Below, in pieces: positions 49,321 to 59,773 of a stretch of 64,000 nucleotides of DNA (within the stretch, counting starts at the first letter, position 1; each line of letters begins with the position of its first letter). The DNA lies in NCBI GenBank assembly GCA_963752335.1, contig CAVVXW010000003.1, positions 274,672 to 338,671 of the forward strand, read 5' to 3'. Made by a program: the position numbers and the translations under genes. Source of the stretch: an uncultured Acidimicrobiia bacterium (GTDB taxonomy: Bacteria > Actinomycetota > Acidimicrobiia > IMCC26256 > JAENVU01). A model generated the notes under the pieces. The model made no database searches. It had not been told where the DNA came from and worked only from the letters and a program-made list of their open reading frames with translations.

Positions 49321-49720
49321 GTGATCCCCGGTCCGTCGGGCACCGCGGCCGTCCACGGCGTCGGCTCGGATCTCGTCGAGGTGCCCCGGTTCCGGCTGGC
49401 CCTGGCACGGCGCCCTCGCCTCGCCGAGCGGCTGTTCTCGGAAGCAGAGCGTGCCTACGCCGGGCGGTTCCACGAGCCGGCGCCACACCTCGCGGCGCGC
49501 TTCGGCGCCAAGGAGGCGGTCATGAAGGCGCTCGGCGTCGGACTGTGGAAGTTCGCCATGCGGGACGTCGAGGTGGTGCGCCTCCCGAGCGGCCAGCCCG
49601 AGCTGGTGCTCCACCGCCGTGCCGCCGAGGTCGCCGACACGCAGGGCGTCATCCGGTGGCACCTCACGCTCACCCACTCCGACTCTCATGGCCCTGGCCG
49701 TGGCGATCGCGGTGACGTGA
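49321..49720 (+). CDS. acpS: Holo-[acyl-carrier-protein] synthase. One frame break at about 49685.
   Basis: VHGVGSDLVEVPRF and FGAKEAVMKALG. The expected end, MALAVAIAVT-stop, lies in another frame, with TGA at 49718-49720. Confidence 0.8.
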
Positions 49721-51145
49721 TCCCCGTCGTCACGCCCGCGGAGATGGGAGCGGCCGACGCGCGGACGATCGCGGCAGGCACCCCGGAGTCCGAGCTCATG
49801 CGCCGCGCCGGCCGACGCGGTGGCGTGGCGGACGCGTGCGGTGCTCGGCGGCACGTACGGCCGTCGGGTGGCCGTGCTCTGTGGCAAGGGCAACAACGGT
49901 GGCGACGGGCGGATCGCGGCGGCCGCGCTCGGCGCCTGGGGTGTGGATGTCGAGGTCCTCGACGCCGACGGTCTGCGACCCGCCCGCGCGTCGCGCGATC
50001 GCGCGAGCCGACGCGGTCGATCGACGCGATGTTCGGAACCGGGTTCCGCGGCGGTCTCGAAGGCGCGGCTGCCGACCTCGCGCTCGCGGCCAACGAAGGC
50101 GACGGGATCGTGGTGGCCGTCGACATCCCGTCAGGGGTCGACGGCGCGACCGGCGAGGTCCGGTCGACGTCGGTCGTCGGCCGATCACACGGTCACCTTC
50201 GCCGCGCCCAAGCCCGGGCTCTGGTTCCACCCCGGGCGTGGGCTCGCGGGCTCGGTGACGGTCGCCGACATCGGCATCGACCTCGGGAACGATCCGGAAC
50301 GTGTCGCGGTGGTCGAGGCGGCCGACGTCCTCGAATGGGTCCCGCCGCGCGCCGGCCACCACTCACAAGTGGCGGTCGGGCGTGCTCGTGATCGGCGGGA
50401 GCGCGGGCATGACCGGTGCGCCGATGCTCGCCGCCGCGCGCGGCGGCCCACCTCGGCGCCGGCATCGTGTGGGCCGCGCTGCCCGGCGAGGGAGCGGTCC
50501 GCGCGTCCGGGAACGGAGATCATCACCGTCGCCGTCGCCGGACGACGCCGGCGCGCTCGCACCGCCGGCCGTCGGCGATCTCGTCAGCCGGTCGGAGCGC
50601 TTCGGCGCGGTGGTGCTGGGTCCGGGGCTCGGGCGCCACGACGCGACCGCCGTGGCCGTACGCGAGCTCGTCGGGCGGATCCCGGTGCCGCTCGTCGTGG
50701 ACGCCGACGCGTTGATCGCGCTCGGCGAGGACCGGGCGCCGCTCCGGGCGCGCTCGGCGCCGACGGTGCTGACCCCCCACGACGGCGAGTTCGCGCGACT
50801 CGCGGGCGCGCCGCCGGCGGCGGACCGCATCGAGGCGGCGCGGGCGCTCGCGCGCGACACCGGCGCGGTCGTCCTGCTCAAGGGGCCGACCACCGTGGTC
50901 GCCGCGGTCGACGGCCGGGTGCGGCTCAACCCGACCGGGGGACCCGACCTCGCGACCGCCGGGCAGCGGCGACGTCCTCGGCGGGATGATCGCCGCATTC
51001 TGCGCGAGAGGGTTGAATCCCGCCGAAGCTGCCGCGGCGCGCCGCGTTCGTGCATGGCCGGGCGGCCGATCGGGCCGGGCATACTGGGCTCGTCGCGGGC
51101 GACCTGCCCGTCCTGGCGAGCGCCGCGCTGCGCCAGCTCGACTGA
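49717..51145 (+). pseudogene. nnr: Bifunctional NAD(P)H-hydrate repair enzyme (epimerase/dehydratase). The frame is broken about ten times.
   Basis: GTGA overlap with acpS. VLCGKGNNGGDG, IDAMFGTGFRGGL, VDIPSGVD, VLVIGGSAGMTGAPMLAA, VLTPHDGEFARL, VVLLKGPTTVV, GDVLGGMIAAF. These motifs are distributed over three frames. Confidence 0.75.
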
Positions 51146-51159
51146 GCCCGGAGGTCCGC

Positions 51160-51627
51160 ATGCCCTCGTCCACCCCGCTCCGCTCGGTGATGACCACCGA
51201 GATCGTGACGCTGCGTGCGGACCAGACCATCGCGGAGGCTGCGGACGTCCTGGCCGAGCACAACATCGGGGCGGCCCCGGTGCTCGGCGACGACGGCGCG
51301 GTGATCGGACTGCTGCGGGACGAGGACCTCCTCTTCACCGAGGCCCGGCTGCACGCGCCGACGACCATCGCCATCCTGGGGGTCGACTTCACCCTCCCCG
51401 GCTCGATCCGGCGCTACGACGAGGAGCTCCGCAAGGCGGTCGGCTCGTCGGTGCGTGAGGTCATGGAGCCGGAGTTCCCTCAGCTCGGATCCGACGCGAC
51501 GATCGAGGACGCCGCCACGCTGATGCACGAGGGCGACGTCACGCACGTGGTCGTCGTCGCCGACGGCAAGCCGGTCGGCATCGTGGCCCGGGGAGACCTG
51601 GTGCGGTTCCTCGCGTGGAGCACGTGA
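51160..51627 (+). CDS. CBS-domain pair protein
   Basis: GGAGG 5 nt upstream of the ATG at 51160. VMTTEIVTLRADQTIAEAADVLAEHNIGAAPVL and VMEPEFPQLGSDATIEDAATLMHEGDVTHVVVV. Intact. Confidence 0.8.
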   Translation: MPSSTPLRSVMTTEIVTLRADQTIAEAADVLAEHNIGAAPVLGDDGAVIGLLRDEDLLFTEARLHAPTTIAILGVDFTLPGSIRRYDEELRKAVGSSVREVMEPEFPQLGSDATIEDAATLMHEGDVTHVVVVADGKPVGIVARGDLVRFLAWST

Positions 51628-52743
51628 GCGCGTACCGCCCGACCCGGGTCGAGATCGATCTCGACGCGATCCGACACAACGTCGGCGTGATGCGCGCCGC
51701 TGGTCGCGCCGGCCGACGTCATGGCCGTCGTGAAGGCGGATGGGTACGGGCACGGCGCGGTCCCCGTGGCGCGCGCCGCGGTGGACGCCGGCGCGACCGC
51801 GCTCGGCGTGGCGCTCGTCGAGGAGGGCGTCGAGCTGCGCGACGCCGGGCTCGACGTGACCGTGCTCCTCCTGTCCGAGCCCCCGCCCGAAGCCGCGGCC
51901 GAGGTGGTCGCGCGCCGGCTGACCCCGGTCGTCTACACCGAGACCGGGATCGACTCCCTCGCCAAGGCGGTCGCGGACCAGGGTGCCGAGCCGCTGCCCG
52001 TCCACCTGAAGGTCGACACGGGGATGCACCGCGTCGGGGCGGCGGTCGACCAGGTCCCCGCATTGGTGGAGCGGCTGCGCGACCACCGCGAGCTGCGCCT
52101 CGCCGGCGTGTGCACGCACCTCGCGGTCGCCGACGAGCCGGAGCGTGACTACACGACCGCGCAGCTCGAGCGGTTCGCCCGCTGCCGCCGGAGGTGGAGC
52201 AGCTCGGGCTCGACGTCCATCCGGTGCACGCGGCGAACTCGGCGGCCGCGATCGGGTTCCCCGAGGCGCGCCTCGACCTCGTCCGCATCGGCATCGGTCT
52301 CTACGGGGTCCTGCCCGCACCGGGGATCGGTGCCGACCTCGGCCTGATCCCGGCACTCGCCCTCCGCTCCCGGGTCTCCCACGTGAAGGGGCTCCGCGCC
52401 GGCGACCGCGTCTCCTACGGACTCCGGTACGAGCTGCCCCGCGACGCCCGTATCGCGACGGTTCCGATCGGGTACGCCGACGGCGTGCCGCGCAACCTGG
52501 CGACGACCGGAGCCGACGTCCTCATCGCGGGCCGGCGTGTGCCCGATCGCGGGCACGGTGACGATGGACCAGCTGATGGTCGACGTCGGTGACCTCGCCG
52601 TCGAGGTCGGCGATCCGGTGACGCTGATCGGTGTCGACGGTGACGAGCGCATCCGCGCCGAGGACTGGGCGGAGCCGCTCGGCACCATCGGCTATGAGAT
52701 CGTGTGCGGCATCGGACCGCGGGTCCCGAGGGAGTACCGATGA
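51624..52743 (+). pseudogene. alr: Alanine racemase. The frame is broken about 3 times.
   Basis: GTGA overlap with the upstream stop. AVVKADGYGHG (PLP Lys motif), HLKVDTGMHRVG, PIGYADGVPR, AGTVTMDQLMVDV, IGYEIVCGIGPRVPREY. Spread over track ORFs 51615, 51721, 52194 and 52537. Confidence 0.85.
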
Positions 52744-53773
52744 GCAGCGGGTGGAGACGAGCCGGCGCCGCAGTGGGGATCGCGGGCGCGGTCACCGGGG
52801 CCGCGGTCGCGGCCCAGCGCATCGCCGCCCGCCGGATGCGGGCGGCGCCCGATCCGGACCGCGGCCGGAGGTTCGAGGCGGAGTTCGAGCGCTCCTGGCG
52901 CCTGCCGTCACACGACGGCGGTGAGCTGTACGTGATCGAGGCCGGCTCGGGACCACCGATCGTCCTCAGCCACGGCGTCACGCTGTCGGTGCAGACGTGG
53001 TCGAAGCAGATCCGTGCGCTCGCCGACGCGGGATTCCGCGTGATCGCGTTCGACCATCGTGGCCACGGCAGCTCGACGCTCGGCGACGACCTCCACGGTC
53101 TCGATCAGCTCGGTGCGGACGTCCGATCCGTCGTCGAGGGGCTGGACCTGACCGACGCCGTGATCGTCGGTCACTCGATGGGCGGCATGGCCACGCAGGT
53201 GTTCTGCCTCGATCATCCCGAGGTCGCACGCGAGCGGGTCGCGGGCATCGTGCTGCTCTCCACGCTTTCCCGGAGCCCGTTCGCGGCGAACGGTCGCATG
53301 GCGAAGGTCAGCACATGGGTCGCGGAACGCGTGCCCGACAGCTCCGGGGTGCTCCGGGCGAAGGACCTCGGCTTCGTGCTCGACGCGGCTGGGATTCGGC
53401 CGGAACCCGTCGCCGTCCCACGTCGAGGCGACCCGGCAGATGATCCTCGCGACGAGCCCCGAGACCCGGCGCGACGCCAGCGATCGCGCTCGGGCAGCTG
53501 AACGTCACCGACCGGCTCGGCGAGATCGACCGGCCGACGCTCGTCGATCTGCGGCACCGCCGACCTGCTCACTCCGATCGCGGAGTCGCGGCGCATCGCG
53601 GCGCGGATCCCCGGCGCCCGGCTCGAAGCCGTCGAGGGTGGTGGTCACATGCTCATGTTCGAGCGGACCGAGATGCTGAACCGGCTGATCATCGACTTCG
53701 CCCACGAGGTGCAGGGCTCGTCCGGCGCCGCGCAGGGTGACCTGCGTCCTCCGCGACCGGTACCCCGGGCTAG
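52740..53773 (+). pseudogene. Alpha/beta-fold hydrolase. The frame is broken at least 3 times and the 3' end is uncertain.
   Basis: ATGA overlap with alr. PPIVLSHGVTLS, VIVGHSMGGMA (nucleophile elbow), GGGHMLMFERT. The stop at 53771-53773 is inferred. Confidence 0.6.
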
Positions 53774-53776
53774 TCC

Positions 53777-54347
53777 GTGGCGACGCCGTCGCCGTTCGCG
53801 ACGCTGCGGTCCGAGGCGCTCGGGTGCACCCGGTGCCCCCTCGCCGAGACGCGGACCCAGGTCGTGTTCGGCACCGGCGACGAGCACGCGGCGCTGATGT
53901 TCGTGGGTGAGGGCCCGGGCGCGGAGGAGGACCGTACTGGGGGAGCCCTTCGTCGGTCGCGCCGGCAGGCTGCTGACGTCGCTGATCGAGGGCATCGGGC
54001 TCGCCCGCTCGGACGTCTACATCGCCAACGTCGTGAAGTGCCGGCCACCCGGCAACCGCGACCCGCAACCCGTCGAGATCGAGACGTGCCGCCCGTACCT
54101 CGAGGCCCAGCTCGATCTCGTCGCACCGCACGTCGTCGTCACGCTCGGGAACTTCGCGACCAAGCTCCTGCTCGACACCAAGGTCGGAATCACCAAGCTC
54201 CGCGGCCAGTCCGTTCCCGTTCCGCGACGGCGCGGTGCTGATCCCGCGCTCCACCCGTCGGCGGTGCTGCGCAACGGCGGCGCCGCGCTCGCGCAGGCGC
54301 GTGCCGACTTCGTGGTGATCCGCCGCGCGCTCGCGGCGGCGGGATGA
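53777..54347 (+). pseudogene. Family-4 uracil-DNA glycosylase. The frame is broken at least once.
   Basis: [36 protein letters not shown], then FVGRAGRLL and [14 protein letters not shown] in track ORF 53907..54347. Confidence 0.75.
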
Positions 54348-54846
54348 ACCTGCGCTCGCCGAGCGCGGCGACGACCCGGGCAGTCGGTGCCGCGATCGCT
54401 GCCGCTCCTCGCGCGCGGGCGACGTCGTGATGCTCACCGGCGAGCTCGGCACGGGCAAGACCGAGATGGCCAAGGGCATCATCGGCGCGCTCGGCGTGAC
54501 CGAGCCGGTGGTGAGCCCGACCTTCACGATCGTGCGCGAGTACGACGGCGACCTGCCGGTCCACCACCTCGACGTCTACCGGCTCGATCGCGTCCAGGAG
54601 GCCATCGACCTCGGCCTCGACGAGCTCTTCGACGACGGGCGTGATGGTGATCGAGTGGGGCGAGGGTATCCGTGAGCTGCTCCCGCCCGACCGGCTCGAG
54701 GTCGGGCTGCGTCTCCTCGATCCGGACGAGGCCGACGACGACACGCGCCTGCTCACGATCGAGCCGTTCGGTCGCCGGCGTGGATCCGCGCGGCACGGCG
54801 CGCTGGAAGTCCGCGGTTCGCTGCCGCGGCGGAGACGACGTGCTGA
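54344..54846 (+). pseudogene. tsaE: tRNA t6A37 biosynthesis ATPase TsaE. The frame is broken several times.
   Basis: ATGA overlap with the upstream stop. VVMLTGELGTGKTEMAKGI, SPTFTIVREY, HLDVYRL, VIEWGE. The 3' end is inferred. Confidence 0.7.
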
Positions 54847-55533
54847 CGCTCGCGATCGACACCGCGACCGCGCCAGGTCGGGGTCGCGTTCGGGCGCGAC
54901 GGCCGGGTGCTCGGCGAGGTGCGGATCGACGGCGGCCGCCGCCACGCCGAGGAGCTGGCGCCCGCGATCCGCTACCTGAGCGGCGAGACCGGGGTCGCGC
55001 TGGACCAGCTCGCCTTCGTCTCGGTCGGCGTCGGCCCCGGCCTGTACACCGGACTGCGGGTCGGCGTGACCACCGCGCGCACGCTCGCCCAGGTGCTCGA
55101 GATCCCGATCGTCGGCATCCCGAGCCTGGATCTCGTCGCCTACCCGTGGCGGGCCGCGCACCGCGAGGTGGTCGCGCTGATCGACGCGCGGCGCAAGGAG
55201 GTGTTCGCCGGCGCGCTACCTGCCGGTTCCGGGTGGGATGCAGCGTGTCGGCGAGTACGTCGTGCGCCCGCCGGACGCGATCGTGGCGGAGATCGCCGCC
55301 GCGGGGTCCGACGTGCTGGTCGCCGGCGACGGAGCGCTGGCCCATCCCGAGGTGTTCGCCGGCGTCGAGCACGTCGAGCTGGTCGGTGCACCGGGCGCGG
55401 CGCCGAGCCCGGCGCGCTGGTCGAGCTCGCGACCGGGCGCTACGAGCGCGAGGAGTTCTCCCGGCCGGACGAGCTGCTGCCGCTGTACCTCCGCCGCAGC
55501 GACGCCGAGATCGCCTGGGATCACCGTGAGTGA
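54840..55533 (+). pseudogene. tsaB: tRNA t6A37 biosynthesis protein TsaB. The frame is broken about 3 times.
   Basis: VLTLAIDTATA, then VGVGPGLYTGLRVGVTTARTLA, then LPLYLRRSDAEIAW-stop. Confidence 0.75.
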
Positions 55534-55614
55534 GCGGTGGGGCTCGATCGTCGGGGGTCGCGGGCCGCGAACGGGGCCCGAGCGGCCCCGCCCGCAGGGC
55601 GAGGAGCGGGGACG

Positions 55615-56143
55615 GTGAGTGAGGTCGCCGACGTCGTCGTCGGGCCGCTGCGGCGTCGCCACCTGCGCGGGGTGATGACGATCGAGCGTGCGGTGTACCC
55701 GCATCCCTGGACGGAGTCGCTCTTCCAGTCCGAGCTCGCCCTGCCGTCGTCGCGCCTCTACCTCGTCGCCCGCGCCGGGCGCAGGACGGTCGGCTACGCC
55801 GGGATCATGTTCGCCCCCGACGAGGCGCACGTCACCACGATCGCGGTCCACCCTGACTGGCAGCGCCGCCACGTCGCGACCCGGTTGCTGGTCGGGCTCG
55901 CCCGCGGGGCGCTCGAACGCGGGTACCGGGCGTTGACCCTGGAGGTGCGCGTCGAGCGCCCGGGGCGCGCAGGCGCTGTACCGGCGGTTCGGGATGACGC
56001 CCGAAGGCGTGCGGAAGGGCTATTACACCCAGCCGCCGGAGGACGCGGTGATCATGTGGGTGCGCGACATCGACTCGGACGACTACGCCCGACTGCTCGA
56101 CCATCTGGAACGACGCACCGAGCGCGCCGAGGGTCCGGCATGA
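55615..56143 (+). CDS. rimI: Ribosomal-protein-alanine N-acetyltransferase. One frame break at about 55960.
   Basis: [37 protein letters not shown], then [10 protein letters not shown] in another frame. The stop overlaps the tsaD ATG. The start could instead be the GTG at 55537. Confidence 0.75.
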
Positions 56144-57142
56144 ACATCCTCGGGATCGAGACGAGCTGCGACGAGACGGCAGCGGCTGTGGTCACCGACG
56201 GGCGCGTGATCAGGTCCAGCGTCGTGTCGAGTCAGGTGGACCTGCACGCGCGCTTCGGCGGGGTCGTGCCCGAGATCGCGAGCCGCGCGCACCTCGAGCT
56301 GGTGAACGGCGTGATCGCGGACGCGATGGTCGAGGCCGGGGCGGGGTTCGCCGACCTCGACGCCGTCGCCGCCTGTCACGGTCCGGGCCTCGCGGGTGCG
56401 CTCCTCGTCGGGGTGAGCGCGGCCAAGGCGATCGCGCTCGCGGCCGACCTGCCGTACGTCGGCGTGAACCATCTCGAGGGTCACCTGCACGCGGCGTGGC
56501 TCCAGGATCCCGACGTCGCGACACCGCTCGCGGTCCTGTTGGTCTCCGGTGGTCACACCCTCCTCGTCGCGGTCGCGGGCGACGGCGACTACCGTCTCCT
56601 CGGCCAGACGGTCGACGACGCCGCCGGTGAGGCGTTCGACAAGGTCGCGCGGCTCCTCGAGCTCGGCTATCCCGGGGGTCCGGCGATCGACCGGATCGCG
56701 GCGCGAGGGCGATCCGCATGCCGTGAGGTTCCCCCGTCCGATGCGTGGTGACGGTCTGGACTTCTCCTTCTCGGGCCTGAAGACCGCGGTGCTGCACCAC
56801 GTCCGGCGTGCGTCGGACGTTCGCCCGGCCGACGTCGCGGCGTCGTTCCAGGCTGCCGTCGTCGACGTGCTCGTCGAGAAGCTCGGGGCCGCGGCCGACG
56901 CGATCGATGCCCGCACGCTCGTGATCGGCGGGGGCGTCGCGGCCAACACCGCGTTGCGGGCCGCGGTCAGCGAGCTCGCCGGGGTCTCGGGCCGGCGCGT
57001 CCTGGTCCCGCCTCGGGACCTGTGCACCGACAACGCCGCGATGATCGCGGCCACGGCGTGGTGGCGGCTCGCGTCGGACGGTCCCACCCCGCTCGACGCC
57101 GGCGGCTACCCGTCGCTCACGCTGCCCACCCGCCCCGCCTGA
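56140..57142 (+). CDS. tsaD: tRNA N6-adenosine threonylcarbamoyltransferase. One frame break at about 56710.
   Basis: [46 protein letters not shown], then [10 protein letters not shown] and GGGVAAN in track ORF 56549..57142. Confidence 0.9.
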
Positions 57143-57204
57143 CCCACCGGGCGTCGGACTCGGGCCACGAGTTTGCAGTCATCGGGGGCGAGTGCTACTT
57201 TCGT

Positions 57205-57231
57205 TTAGCACTCCCATACCGCGAGTGCTAA
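57205..57231 (+). promoter_or_regulatory. CIRCE operator (HrcA binding site) TTAGCACTC-N9-GAGTGCTAA
   Basis: Perfect consensus inverted repeat, ending 85 nt upstream of the groES ATG. An extra GAGTGCTA half-site sits at 57190-57197. Confidence 0.9.
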
Positions 57232-57316
57232 GACCGACCGTGCGCACCGTGCCACGACGGACCCCTGAACGTCGACAGACCGCCCGACCCGTTGGGGTCG
57301 GCCGAGGAGGCAACCG

Positions 57317-57628
57317 ATGAATCTCGTACCCCTGGACGACCGCATCGTCGTGCGGACCGCGGAGGCCGAAGAGACCACCGTGAGCGGGCTCGTGATCCCC
57401 GACACCGCGAAGGAGAAGCCCCAGCAGGGTGAGGTGCTCGCGGTGGGCCCGGGCCGGCGCGCCGAGACCTCCGGCGAGCTGATCCCGCTGGACATCGCGG
57501 TGGGCGACACCGTCGTGTACTCCAAGTACGGCGGGACCGAGATCACCGTCGACGGCGAGGATCTGCTCATCCTGGCGGGCCGGGACGTGCTGGCCAAGAT
57601 CACGTCGGGCAAGGGCAAGAAGAAGTAG
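57317..57628 (+). CDS. groES: Co-chaperonin GroES
   Basis: [46 protein letters not shown]... Confidence 0.97.
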   Translation: MNLVPLDDRIVVRTAEAEETTVSGLVIPDTAKEKPQQGEVLAVGPGRRAETSGELIPLDIAVGDTVVYSKYGGTEITVDGEDLLILAGRDVLAKITSGKGKKK

Positions 57629-57654
57629 TCGAGGACCGTTCCGCGGAGTTTCCG

Positions 57655-57690
57655 GAACGAGGGCGGCGCCTCCGGGCGCCGCCCTCGTTC
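57655..57690 (+). terminator. Intrinsic-terminator-like hairpin (16-bp perfect stem, TCCG loop)
   Basis: GAACGAGGGCGGCGCC-TCCG-GGCGCCGCCCTCGTTC, 26 nt after the groES stop. Confidence 0.7.
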
Positions 57691-57822
57691 GCGTCCGAGC
57701 GTGGCGGATCGGTCGCTCCCGGTGTTCGTGGGACATCGTGCCCTGGCGGAGCAGGGGTCGCGACCCGTACGCTCGGCGACGCATTTGGATCATTCGGCCC
57801 AGGGCCGAGGGCGGGCGGAGGA

Positions 57823-59763
57823 GTGTTCGTGGGTCTCTTGAAGCCCCGCAAGGAAGCATCGGGCGAGCTCGCCCGGTACGTCGAAGCGGTCGAGCACGCC
57901 CAGATCGACGACGTGGACGAGGACGAGTTCCTCGACCGCGACGGCGTGGACGCCCAGGTCACGCTCTCGATCGAGGCGCTCCAGGCCCAGGTCGCGGCCC
58001 GGAATGCCCGCATCAACGCGGCGATGGCCGCGGCGGCGTCCCATCAGCCGACCACCAACCCCGAGCTCGCCGCGATCCAGACGCGCCAGGCGCGGATGCT
58101 CGGCGAGATCCTCGTGGGTCAGGGCGTGCTCACGGCCGAGCAGCTCGTCACCGCACTCGACGGGCAGGCCGAGGCCGGCCAGCGGCTCGGGGAGTACCTG
58201 GTCGCCAAGCGCGTGCTCAGCGAGCGTGATCTCGCCGCCGTGCTCGCCGAGCAGTTCGCGCTCGAGGTGGTGGACCTGCGCCACAACTTCCCCGACCCCG
58301 CGGCGGTGGCCGTGCTCCCCGAGGCGAACGCCCGGGCGTGGGGCGCCCTGGTGCTGCGTCGCACCGAGTACGGATACGACGTCGTGGTCGCGGATCCGAG
58401 CGACACCACGATCGCGGAGCGCCTGCGTGAGATCCTGCGCCAGCCCGCCAAGCTCTTCGTCGGTGGTGTCGGCGAGATCCAGCGCGCGATCGACGTCGCG
58501 TACCGCACCACCGCGAACGTCGACGAGCACGTGCGCGTCTTCCAGGCGCGTGAGGAGCAGCGGCGCGCGGGCCAGGCGGAGAGCACCGCGCGCGTCGACG
58601 AGAAGGCGCCGGTCGTCCAGGTCGTGAACCTCCTGCTGTCCCAGGCCGTGAGCGAGCGCGCGTCCGACGTCCACATCGAGCCGATGCCCGATCGCGTGCG
58701 CATCCGCAACCGCATCGACGGCGCGCTGCACGAGGTGCTCCACCTCCCGCCGGGTATGGGCCCCGCGCTCATCAGCCGCATCAAGGTGATGGCGAACATG
58801 AACATCGTCGAGCGCCGCCGCCCCCAGGACGGCCAGCTCGAGGCCGAGGTCGACGGCGTTCCCCTCGACGTGCGCGTGTCGACGACCTCCACCGTCAACG
58901 GCGAGAAGTGCGTGATGCGGATCCTCGACAAGCGGCGCGCGCTGTTCGGCCTCACCGACCTCGGGATGCCGCCGGAGACGCTCACGATCTTCGAGGGGCT
59001 CACCCGCTCGCCGTACGGCATGGTGATCTGCGCCGGGCCGACCGGGTCGGGCAAGACCACCACGCTCTACGCCTCGCTGACCCAGATCAACCGCGAGGAG
59101 ATCAACGTGATGACCGTGGAGGACCCGGTCGAGTACGTGTTCCCCACGGTCAACCAGATCCAGATCAACGAGCAGGCCGGGATCACCTTCGCCGGCGGTC
59201 TCCGGTCGATCCTGCGCCAGGACCCGGACGCGATCCTCGTCGGCGAGATCCGAGACGTGGAGACCGCGCGGATCGCGGTGCAGTCCGCGCTCACCGGTCA
59301 CCTCGTGCTGTCGTCGCTCCACGCCACCGACTCGGTCGCCGCGCTCCACCGCTTCCTCGACATGGGAATCGAGTCCTTCCTGATCTCGTCCTCGGTGCTC
59401 GGCGTGGTCGGCCAGCGGCTCGTGCGCCGGGTGTGCCCGGAGTGCAAGGCCCCCTACGAGCCGACGCCGGACGAGCTCGCGCTCTGGGACAAGGCCGGGA
59501 TGGCGCCCAAGACCGAGTTCTTCCGGGGCGAGGGTTGCGTCTTCTGCGCCGAGACCGGATACCAGGGCCGGATCGGCGTCTACGAGCTGCTGCCCGTGAC
59601 CGACGCGATGAAGCAGCTGGTGGTGAACGAGCCCACGTACCAGGAGCTGCGGGACCTCGCGGTCTCCGAGGGCATGGTGCCGCTCCAGACCGAGGCCCTC
59701 CGCCTCGTGGAGCGCGACGTCACCACCATCGACGAGGTGCTCCGCACCCTCTACGTGGTCTGA
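57823..59763 (+). CDS. pilB: Type IV pilus assembly ATPase (GspE/PilB family)
   Basis: GSPII_E N-terminal domain (LGEILVGQGVLTAEQL), Walker A GPTGSGKTTT, Asp/His boxes, tetracysteine CPECK...CVFC. GTG at 57829 (6 nt after GGAGGA) is an alternative start. Confidence 0.9.
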   Translation: MFVGLLKPRKEASGELARYVEAVEHAQIDDVDEDEFLDRDGVDAQVTLSIEALQAQVAARNARINAAMAAAASHQPTTNPELAAIQTRQARMLGEILVGQGVLTAEQLVTALDGQAEAGQRLGEYLVAKRVLSERDLAAVLAEQFALEVVDLRHNFPDPAAVAVLPEANARAWGALVLRRTEYGYDVVVADPSDTTIAERLREILRQPAKLFVGGVGEIQRAIDVAYRTTANVDEHVRVFQAREEQRRAGQAESTARVDEKAPVVQVVNLLLSQAVSERASDVHIEPMPDRVRIRNRIDGALHEVLHLPPGMGPALISRIKVMANMNIVERRRPQDGQLEAEVDGVPLDVRVSTTSTVNGEKCVMRILDKRRALFGLTDLGMPPETLTIFEGLTRSPYGMVICAGPTGSGKTTTLYASLTQINREEINVMTVEDPVEYVFPTVNQIQINEQAGITFAGGLRSILRQDPDAILVGEIRDVETARIAVQSALTGHLVLSSLHATDSVAALHRFLDMGIESFLISSSVLGVVGQRLVRRVCPECKAPYEPTPDELALWDKAGMAPKTEFFRGEGCVFCAETGYQGRIGVYELLPVTDAMKQLVVNEPTYQELRDLAVSEGMVPLQTEALRLVERDVTTIDEVLRTLYVV

Positions 59764-59773
59764 AGGACGCATC

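Noticed and set aside
40603-57142. Programmed ribosomal frameshifting or recoding as an explanation for the frame breaks
   Set aside because: There are far too many sites, in unrelated essential genes, with no shared slippery heptamer or downstream structure that I can see. Indel error or decay is more parsimonious.
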